In this document: piece by piece, positions 1-10,079 of the stretch
Layout: the number at the start of each line of letters is the position of its first letter
Position numbering within the stretch: position 1 is the first letter of the stretch
DNA from: Podarcis melisellensis
Taxonomy: Eukaryota
DNA: 64,000 nt
Reading direction: 5' to 3' (one strand)
Assembly: GCA_964234715.1 (NCBI GenBank)
Contig: OZ174284.1
The notes under the pieces: generated by a model
What the model was told of the DNA's origin: nothing
Database searches by the model: none
Seen by the model: only the letters and a program-made list of their open reading frames with translations
Made by a program: the position numbers and the translations under genes

Positions 1-82
1 ATTTGCTAATCACCCCTTGAATTTAAAAGAGCTTAGAATTTCTGACTAGATAGAGTGAAATTAGGACAATTCCGAGTCTATT

Positions 83-243
83 CAGTGCTTTTTTTCTGGG
101 GAGACGCAGGGGTACACATACCCCTAAACATTTTGTGAATCTAAGTTTGGCCTTGTTTAGGGGCAGTATTTCAATATGAGTAGGAAAATGAGAGTACTGT
201 ACCCCTATTACCCCTAAACATTTTTTAAAGAAAAAAAGCACAG
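83..243. mobile_element. hAT-type MITE inserted in the viral fossil
   Basis: Terminal inverted repeats CAGTGCTTTTTTT...AAAAAAAGCACAG; imperfect 8-bp target-site duplication (TSD) AGTCTATT (75-82) / CATCTATT (244-251). Confidence 0.7.
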
Positions 244-1094
244 CATCTATTTAAACTAACAATTGAGTTTTGACAGATTTTATTTAATTATTGCATTTAT
301 AACCCAACTTTTTCAACAACCCTGCAAAATAGGTTAGGCTGAGAGGCAGTGACTGGCCTGAGGTCACCCAGTGAGGATTTGAACACCAGCCTCTCAGCGC
401 CTAGTCCAAGGCTCTAACCACTACACCTTCATTGGGTGGTACTATGAACAAAGCTTGCAAGGGACGTTGCACAAAAGCAGCTTACAGTATTGGGAACCAA
501 GAGCAAGGCCATAGCTGCACTACAGACTAAAACGGGTACACTAGTCATTCCCTCCTGGAAGCCCTAGTTTGGTGTGGGAATGTAGGGATATGTAACTGAG
601 AATGTTCTGCACGCTCGCCAAACTACAATTCCCAGAATTATACGGGAGAAGCCATGACAGTTAAAAAGTGGGGCAAAACCCACATACAGCTGTAGTATTA
701 CCGGTAATATGCTCTTAAATGTGTATTCACATCATATTTAGCAGATGTGGTTGGAGTACATATCCAAGATATCCTCAGGCACGCAAAGAGTCTTGCAACT
801 GAGGGTTTTGTATTCAGCAATTCCGAGTTCTCAAAGCCAGCCATATTATTCTCACCCTCCAGGCCACTTGAAGTGTGGAGCGGAGACAGGAGCAGTTGAG
901 ACAGGCTCAGGAAATCAGAGTCCTACCACTCTCCCAGAAGCATTACTAACCTGGCAGAAACTGTATAGATTGAGCAGTCAGTCGCAAAATGGCTGTCAGG
1001 AAGTCAAAGTAGAGAGCCTGGGTTCTTGCACAGAAAGCTCTGCAAAATTTGAGGGTGAGTGGTCATGCCACAGATAGAATGAGGACTCACATGT

Positions 1095-1242
1095 TTTTAA
1101 TGTTTGATGTTATATTATGTTTTTATATATGCTGTAAGCCACCCAGAGTGGCTGAGGAAACCCAGCCAGATGGGCAGGGTATAAATAATAAAATCATCAT
1201 CAACAACAACAACAACAACAACAACAACATCATCATCATCAT
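1095..1242 (+). mobile_element. 3' tail of a lacertid-type SINE/LINE with (CAA)n/(CAT)n microsatellite tail
   Basis: GCTGTAAGCCACCCAGAGTGGCTGAGGAAACCCAGCCAGATGGGCAGGGTATAAATAATAA followed by CAA/CAT triplet repeats; family assignment from memory. Confidence 0.6.
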
Positions 1243-2794
1243 TACTGTGGGTTTATTTTTAAAACCTTTTATTGCACTGTCAGTAACAATTACATTTCCT
1301 AAGTATAAAATTGATTCCAAAATACAGAACCCTTCTATATTAATCATGAACATATTAATCGTACATTAAAGGCTAAATATCAGAAGGCACGGTAATTAGG
1401 TGGACCATCGAAAAGCCTATTTTACAGGAAGTCGTATAATATGAAAATCAGTGTCAGTATGAGAAACAGAAAGATACCACTTAATGTGAAAAGGTTTAGC
1501 CATGCGTTTACAAAGCTGAATTTTATGTTGGTATTTCCACGGTTTTTCAGTCCCATACTCTCAGGTATCAAACAGCTGCAAGTTGGATGCTTATCTGTTT
1601 TCCAGTGCTGCACCAGTATTGTGCATACTTCCCTGACCATAGTAGTAATTTACCATGTAGTAAATGCTAAAGAAAATTGTGCAAGGTCATCCAAAAGTGC
1701 TGCCATGGGTAAAGCTGACACTGTGCCCAAAAATGTTGGGAAAGGCTTTGATTCAAGGAATGAAATTATTAGATATTTGTTCCTGTAGATGCTTCTGAAC
1801 TTTGCGCTAAACAGGTATCCCCACCACTGGTTCTGTATCTAAAGTCAGGAAGAATAACTCTTTGACGTCATCTTCATTGCTTCTTGGTTTTGAATCATAG
1901 GCTTTGATGGCTCATGCATCAAAGCCTCTGTAAGGTTCTGGATGCTTCTATCAGGCTTTGGCAAATTCCATAGTCCTGGCATCTCTGGGACATGCTGGAA
2001 CATTTCCAAATACATATTTCTTTTGTCTTCAGCCAGAGGAGAATGGAATGAAAGCCACAATCCGAATTTAAGCAAATATTTGGCTATAATTACTATGTCA
2101 GGCTAGGCCCAAGGTAAACATCACACAATGAAAATGGAGGGAAACAAAGGTCCAGATGGTTGATGTCAACCCAGGAGAAGGGAGTGGTTGTGCTAAACAA
2201 CTGCCTCCCCTCCCCACTCTTCTCTTTCACTGGAAATCTCACTACTCTCCTTCTTTGAGCACTGTGACACAGAAGAAGGGAAGAAGGGAAACAACTGGGC
2301 AGAGTTTACTTGCAGCTCTTACTGGCTAGATTTGGGCAACCTGTTTCTCAGTCATGAACTCTGATTAGCGGACGGACATTAAAACATTATTTGGATCTGT
2401 TAACTGGCTGTCTGAACCTTTTGTGGTCCAATGGCCAATGATCCAGTGTGAATCCAGGAGACTGGATTCCACCTGCAATGCATTTGCTGTGTGGCCTTGG
2501 ATGAGTAATCTTCTCTCAGCTGCAGCTTCTCCTAGGTGAAGCGAGAACAATAGTGACCTACTTTGAAGGGTTCTTACCAGGACAAAAGGTTATAAAACAA
2601 TTTGCATCTGTGCATCTCAATACGGCGCATGTTCTTTCAGAAGTAAATCTTACTGAGTTCAATGCTGTGCACTGTAGGCATTTCTGTGAATTCCTGGTTT
2701 CAGAACAAATACGTAGCCAAAGAGCTGCATTTCCTCATGGGCAACCTTATGGAGGCCACATGCAAGAGTTTATTTGGTGGCAGCTCCAAATATT

Positions 2795-2985
2795 TTAAAA
2801 ACGCAAGGAATGTCTGCTGAATCAGACCAAAGGCCTACCTAGTCCAGCATCCTGTTATCAGTGGCCAACCGGATAGATGTCCATGGGAAGCCCACAAAGC
2901 AGAACCTGAGCACAAGAGCACTCTCTCCTTCTTCGCTTCCCAGCAACCAGAATTCATAAGTATACTGCCTCAAACTATGGAAGAT
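2795..2985 (-). mobile_element. Squamate SINE fragment (Squam-like)
   Basis: GGAATGTCTGCTGAATCAGACCAAAGGCCTACCTAGTCCAGCATCCTG; related to the tails at 13040-13210, 32940-33100 and 34705-34888. Confidence 0.5.
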
Positions 2986-5075
2986 GACAAGTGAGGAGTG
3001 GCTGTGGAACACTCCCCATCGAGATGTGCCTAGCAACACCTTTGTTTTCTTTTAGGAAACAGATGAAGACTCACCTCTTCCAACAGGATTTTGGATGAGG
3101 GGAACTGTAACTGCAGTGATTTATGAATAATTTTACACTGCTGCTTTTATTATAAATTGTATTGAGACTGCCGTTTTTAAGTTCTTGTGTTATGATGTTG
3201 TTTTATTATGTTGCAAGCTGTCCTGTGGCCTTTTGGTGAAATGTTGGTGTATACGTTTCTTAAGAAACAAAAGGATTTCCTGCTCCCCGCCTCCAATGCC
3301 AGCTCACACAATCCAGTCTACGGTGTCTTATAAACAGAGAACAGTTGAAGCGAGAAATGCCTTTGCAGAGCAGATAATTGAACCTTGGATCTGCTTCCCC
3401 GCCCAAAACAGGACACAAATGGCTGTCATCCATCAGCTGATCTGACTTTGTTTGTAGTTACATTTATGGTAGATTTAGTAATTCACTCTTAAGGTAAGGA
3501 CATGTGCCATGAGCACAGCTGTTTATATATGGACAGCTGGTTTGTACCTGGCAAAAACAGAGTAGCAAAGGCTACTATTTCTACTAATTAATTAGTAGCG
3601 ATGCCTTTGGTAAAAAGCATGGTGAGCTATCACAATTATTGCTAGCTTTGACAGTAATGTTGAAACCAGCTCAAAAAATGTCAGCGCAATAGGGCAAGGC
3701 TCAGAGGAAAAGGAAGTGGGAGTATAAGCTGAGGTAAACCACAAGCATTCAGCCCCCCCCCCCCAACTGAGCCTGAGCTAGTTACTATGGTAATCCTCAT
3801 GTTCAGAATCTATTGAGTAGCTCATCAGATGGTGAAAGTGCTTTGAATTGTTATCTGTCAATGTGTTAAATGTGGAATGTGATGGTCTTGGAACCTGTGT
3901 TTGTCATTTAGCAACCATACCCTACAATAACCCAGTGGATGCAGTAATAGCTATAGAGACCTTCCTGCCACCAACTGCAGTTGCTCCAGAAATGCTTAAG
4001 GCTTAGGTGGGATCCATTTTGTTAGTATAATTTCCCCACAGCATTAATTTCATTCTATTGTTTATTTGTCTATTTAGATTTTATCCCACATTTCAGGCAA
4101 AATGTTACCTTCCGAAGCAGCTTTAAAAAAATGAGAGGCAGTCCCTGTCATCACGTTTACAAACTAAGTCAAGGGAAGAGAAGTGGAAGGGGGGGGAGGT
4201 AGAGGAGGGAGTTCATATTTCAAGGTCAGAATAAAGTGGTGAGCTATAAGTGGGCATTTATATCCAGTTGTTGCCAGGCTGCTCTTCCCTTGCTCCGCTG
4301 GTGTCCTTGCTTGCATAGTGGCTGGCAGCTCTTTTCTCCTTTGGCTGATGGATGGGGCTAGAGCACCCTTTCCTATTGCTTCTGCAGTCTTGGGACAAAT
4401 GAAAGTCAGAAAAGAGTGGCATGTTTATTTATTTATTGCAAGTATTTATATGCTGCTATTTAAGTACCTTACCCTCACCAATGGAACCCAACACACATAA
4501 GACTGCTAGCTTTCCTTTTTCTAGATCAGTAGTTGGGAGTTGGCAGAGCCTCCTTTGTACCCACAGATTGTCAGACAGTGACTTCCTTTATATCGCAGGC
4601 TTGTAGACCACCCCCTCATCTCTCAGTGAGTGCCAGCAGTTGAATCTTGCTGACCTGCTATGGCTCTCTCAAGTCAATGCCAGATCTACTAGAACCTTCA
4701 ATTCCTGCAGCTACCAAGGTCTCATGCTCATTCTGATTCCTCCTTGCATCACAACTTCTGCCCCTCCTTTTATCCCTAGCTTTTCCCCAGCAGCAGAAAT
4801 GTATGCACAGCCAGCGGTGCAGAGAGAGGGAGAGGCAAGGGGGGGGGGAGAGAGACTCCCCTGAGGCCCAACAAAGCTAAGGGTCCCACATGTTTTGGTG
4901 CATATTGCCTAAGGTTAGTGGACAAAGAAGATTGCACTTGTCTAATGTTCCCCTTTGACCTTCAGGACAGTAGCTAACAGAAAACCTATTCCCAGAATTC
5001 CTTGTGCGTAAACTGCTGTGCTTCCTTGCTTGAGGACTGCAAATTGGAACCAGGAACAATTCAGAGTCCCAGTAC

Positions 5076-5235
5076 CAGGGGCATACTTTAGTAATATGGT
5101 GCCCTGAGCAAGGACAACATTTGATACTCCCCCAACATATTTCTTATTTTCACAATGATTCCTTATTATATTGCATGCCTTCAGCTCAGTGTCCTGTGCT
5201 GAGGAATCACCTGTACCACCCTAAATCAGGCGCTG
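5076..5235. mobile_element. hAT-type MITE interrupting the viral L fossil
   Basis: Degenerate TIRs CAGGGGCATACTTTA / TAAATCAGGCGCTG flanked by the duplicated CCAGTAC (5069-5075 / 5236-5242). Confidence 0.6.
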
Positions 5236-8200
5236 CCAGTACCCACTGCAAGCTTTGCCTATCTAGTGAAATCATCATTGAGGGGTATTCATGAACTTAA
5301 ACATTGCTGATATTCCATGTACTTAGATAAGCTATGCTATCTACTGGGAGCAGGTGCAGAAGGACAATACATGAATAGCTGCACCTCAGCAGAGCCTCGT
5401 TCATCCTCATGTTCCCAAAACTATGATTGGTCCTAGGCTTAGATAACATCTCTGCAGCCTTGTATAGGGCAGCAGTCACTGCTGCAGCAGGCAGGCTGCC
5501 TCCTACAAAGTGCTGCTCCAGATAGCCACCTAGGATCAACTCTGTAAAAAAGCATTGTCTGCTGATACATATGCCAGGAGTGTGACAAGTAGATGCGTTA
5601 AAGGCAACCTCTCTTTCAACTGAAATAATTTGTTGTGCAATGTTTGCTCCTAAGGAGTTTTCAGGCCACGTGACTGGAACAAAGTGAGTGTGAAAGGTCA
5701 TTGTAAGTATAAACTGTAAGGTGAGTAGATGTCTCATTGGAGTATCATGTTGGATGGGAAGCAGTAAACACAGGAGTGCATTATTTGTAGCGTTATCATC
5801 CCAGAAGCCCCCTCAAAGCCTTCTGTCGATATAGCTGTTTTCACATGGGCTTTCAACCACTGCTTTTTTGCTTCAGCTTCATAAACCTGCTTATATGACA
5901 CTGAATCTGAACTTTTAGCAATACCCTTCATTGCAAATTCCATCTACTTAGCCAATCCATTTCAGTAGAGAACCCTTTACCAATACAATGTTGTAACTTT
6001 TGCAAGCTGTTCTGCTCCTGTGGTTTTTCGTCATTTTTTTAAACAAAAAATAAAGTCACTGTGGTTAATATTTAGCAACATGCTCCCTCCTTCACTCTTT
6101 TCATTGTCTTTGCTCGTTGGTCACTCCTCTCCTTTGCCTTAATTATCTTTACTAAAATAAAGCATATTTATGATAGCCCACACCTTGCAAAAGAAAAAAA
6201 ACATGCTGCTCAACGTGTGCAAGTCAAAGAAGCAGAAGACTCAAAATTCTTCCATTGCATTACAGTACTGTATTTGGGTGTTAATTTATTTCCTTGGGCT
6301 TTAACTTTTCAGAAATAATTAATAAATACTTCCATTGTTAACTCCATTATCTATTTTGTTACCTTTCCAGTTGCAAACTTTAAATTAATTTTACCATTCT
6401 GCCTTTTGTTGTCAAGTTCAAACCTTCTCCTTGCCTCCTTTTTAAAATAAAGACTTCTGCCACACCAATAGCCCTCATAACCCAATTGGGCTTCTGATGT
6501 CATAGACTGTGACTATGTTAGTGCCCTATAAAGGGGCATTGGGGTCCCTCAATGACAAGGTTTACTACACTCCTTCATTCTTGGCTCCTATTTATTTTTC
6601 TCCATCAAGCTTCTTCATTTATTTATTGATATATTTATTAATTGCATTTAGAGCCTGCCTTTTACTCCAAAGAAGTAAAGGCAGTGTACATGGTTTTCCC
6701 AAGTTCCTTTTATCCTCACAACCCTGTGATGTAGGTTAGGCTGAGAGACAGTACGTGCCATGTATTTAACAAAATTTTAAAACACATTTCTTTGCATGTC
6801 CATCCCGCAAAGAGAATTCTGGGAACTGGAGTTTCCCCCTCAGAGCTAGTTTCTAGCACTCACAACAAACTACAGTTCCCATGAGTTTTTGTGTGTGCGC
6901 ATGCTTGAATGTCTGGCGTGTATGCAGCCGAAATCACTCACTGAGCTTTATGGCCACATGGGAATTTGAATCCTTATCTCCTACAATGTTTGTCCAACAC
7001 TCTAACCACTGCTTCACACTTGCTCTCCAAGTAGCTGAGTTTTATTTCCAGCCCTGCAATTTCTTCTCCTTACACTGTTCTCACTAATGCTTAACCATAG
7101 TATTTTATCTTTTAATCCTTGATACAATGATGTTCAGTGGCACACATCTTTCAACAACTTTAGTAGCATCACCTTCTCCACCCTTCATCCCTTTCTTAAC
7201 CAAATAAACTTTCTTTTAAGAGTCTTCAGGTTAATTTCTCTAGGATACTCTGTTTCTCCAAGTACACCTTCAGCTATTCTGATTCTTGAAGTTTCTTATT
7301 GGTCTTTTTAGGATCCTTGACCTAATTAATGTCTTTTCTCACATCATTTATACCTACAAATATACATTCTCTAGCGTACAAAAGGCTTGGGAATGGCCCA
7401 GCTAAAGCTAAGGTTTTAAATTCACATTGATGACAGTGTCAGAAGCCCATACTTATATCTTCTCCACTGAAATCAATAATACCTGAAAATGTTTAAGTCA
7501 GCCTTGTAAATGAGCCCTCAAAAGTTAGTAGCCTATGATTGACAGACAGGTGGATTGTTTGCTTGAAATTGTTATTATTTATCATATTTATCATATAGGT
7601 GTTTTTCTTAACAAAAGTAACTCAAAGCAGCTTACAGCAATAAATAAATTGGTAGCTAGTGCAGTCACACCAGGATTGGTATTTATGTGTTCAGAGCATC
7701 TTGCTCTGGCTTGCTATGGGCTGACAGAATGGATAACAGACTCTGTCCCTCTTCCAGCAGCCTCATGAATTTCAATGCTAGGCAAGAAGGCGGCTTCCTT
7801 CCTCTGGTATTGTATCCCATGCCTTCTGTGTTGAGCACAAAGAAAAGAAGTTACCTGTATAATAATTTGTTCTCTGCCAGCCCATGAATCCCACTACAGA
7901 ACACCTTATCATACATAGTACCAGGAAAGTGTTTAGTTACAAGAGTGTCTTAATTTTGGAATGAACATCTTTTATTTTATTAGAGCCCCTCCAGTGCTTT
8001 ATAAACTTTAGTTATAATCTGATGTTGCTTTTTTTAAAGCATTACAAACATAGAAAACTAGAACTTACTTCTGAATAAATATCCACAGAATTTCACTGCT
8101 AATTTTCTTTCACTAAAGATTTGACATTGACTATTGTGATTAACATTGGTGATGCAAACTTCCCATCAATTTGCTTGACCAGCTTCAAAATAATGGTTCT

Positions 8201-10079
8201 TGGTGTGTATGTTAGCTTCATACCATGATACAGTAGGTCCAACTTTTATTTAGCAGGAGATCAAACAGAGGTTAAAGAGGACAGGATTCCTGCACATTTG
8301 CCACAGTTGTGTGGAGGTGGCAATATTCTGCAGCTGTAGCTTGGATGACCACGCCTACACCTACTGATAGTCCCCGCTTTCTACATAACCTTTAAAGGTT
8401 TAAAGCTCCTGCCCTCTTTTGCATCTGACCATCCAACTTGAGAATCAGACTCCTGAGTAGAGTGGCTAGATAATGAAAGTGGTTTCTCAGCTGCCATATA
8501 TGTTAATGAGATATTGTACATCAGAACTCCTTAAAGCACTACATATAACTGGAATCCCATTGCGCTCAGTGGGACTTCCTTGAAGATCAGTGGGTGTAAT
8601 ATAGCTGCCTTTAAAAAAGCAAACAAACCCTGGTTTTTCACAATTAAATTTGGCAAGTCCAACACTGGTGTAGTCTGGTAAAAGGTTGGGTAATTCATGC
8701 AGTGAAGCTAGGATTGCCATACGCCTGGAATTTCACGGACATGCATGGAATACTGCATCTGGAAGCAGTGTCAGAGCAGAAATCGTCAAAATGTCAGGGA
8801 TGAGGTTCCTCATCTTGATGTATTTGGTTCACCTGATTTATAGAATTTAAAAGTCAATGAAGCTTGCCAAACCTTATTGATTATCCTTAGTACTTGGTAA
8901 GTGGGAGTATGCGATCTCTGAACATTAAAAAAAGTATAAATATTTTATTAAATATATATATAAAAGATTTGTAAAAAGACTAGTGGAGGAAAAACAAGTA
9001 CATTAATGTTAGGAATGACAGATATAAATGAGACTTTTGTGTTTAGAGGTAGAATACCTCTGGTTTCCACATACTGATAACAATAATGGGTTGGCTATCT
9101 TCATCATGTCCTGTTGTGAACGTTCCAGGGGAATCTGCTTGGCCGTCACTGAAAACACAATGTTGGACTAACAAGGCAAGCCTGTGCATGTTTACTCAGA
9201 AGAAAGTCCCACTATGTTCAATGAGGCTTATACTTAGGTGTACACAGAACTGCTGCAGCTTAAATAGATCTTGATCTAATATAACAAAGTGATTCTTACC
9301 TTTTTTTGTAAGCTTGATGATGGTGACAGTGGCATGCGTGTATACAGAGCTTCACAAAGAACAGGTTTCACAAGTCCCTACTCCAAAAAGCTTGCAATCT
9401 AAAACATAGAAGAGGGAACGCGAAATTGAGGTAGGGGTAAACGGGGGAATGTGAAGTTATTTCAACTCCATGCACTTTGGTTGTTCCAAAATTCTTCTAC
9501 AAAATAAATGAATTTTGAGGAGGGACGTTAAGGAAGGAGGTTGCAAAGACCTTCTGGACGCAGTTCCAGGCATAATGGGCAGGAAGACAGGAAGAGCAGA
9601 GTTGTTTCAGGATGCAGGAAACCTTTGGACAGCTAAGTGGTGGACAAGAGGACGTCATAGGAAGGGATGCCTTGGAAAATAGAAGTGGAGAGAGAAGTGG
9701 GAGGGCAAGGCTGCAGAAGAGCTCTGAAGGGAGTAAGTTTGTGCAGGATCCAGTGGTGAAGAGAAAGCCAGCTTGCCTATTTAAGGGCACTTTCCCAGTC
9801 TTTTATCAGTACTGCAAGAGTCTTTGTTATATGTGACGTGTTAAACTTCAATTAATAAGTGTCGAACAATTTTAATTTTGAAAAATATCGCTATTGCTAA
9901 ATGGAAGTAGAAGACCTGAGTATTTGCTTTTAGATGTTTAAGGGCCAGTCTTGGAGAGAGCCCTATTAAATACAGTAGGTTTACTTCTGCTTGAGCAGGC
10001 ACAGGAGAACAGGCGAGTGCCCACTGTTTTGTTCCTACTCAGGGTAGGTTAATGGGGCTGAAAATGGATGGTAGGGATT

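Larger units (their letters stand above)
1..8650 (-). pseudogene. Endogenous viral element: decayed Mononegavirales-like (paramyxovirus-like) L / RNA-dependent RNA polymerase gene, fragmented by stops, frameshifts and TE insertions; probably continues left of the window
   Basis: Manual minus-strand translation gives colinear L motifs, compared from memory with measles/Sendai/bornavirus L. YITPTDLQGSPTERNGIPVICSALR (8603-8529) ~ [34 protein letters not shown] (8009-7983). DISM..SDTVI..SWAIPKPF (~7460-7380) ~ DLTMYLKDKAL..WDSVYPKEF. SRIRIAEGVLGETEY (7289-7245). KLKPKEI..NGRILS..GVG (6307-6177) ~ LKEKEIK.TGRLFA..GIG. DFIFCLKK*RKTT (6057-6019) ~ motif A DLKKYCLNWRYET. EGFEG (5823-5809) ~ motif B GGIEG. 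ILQ*DI (5745-5728) ~ motif C VQGDN. VPVTWP (5680-5663) ~ VPSTWP. QLGG/LN..SEPCPIAL (~3770-3680). PGLWNLPKP..VKELF (~1985-1852). ICGMTTHPQILQSF (~1075-1034). No database search was run. Confidence 0.8.

Noticed and set aside
430-545. VHSTTQ as the HR motif of the L capping (PRNTase) domain
   Set aside because: The position is plausible, but the similarity is too weak to claim without a profile alignment.
5297-5943. Minus-strand ORFs of 146 aa and 69 aa as exons of a host gene or a KDZ/DDE transposase
   Set aside because: No consistent splice structure or transposase motifs; better explained as remnants of the viral RdRp frame.
8487-8720. ATG at 8720 as the viral L start codon
   Set aside because: It falls in TAGGATTGCCATACG..., which looks like the terminus of a TAGGGTTGCC-type hAT MITE. 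L-like similarity only begins at ~8603.
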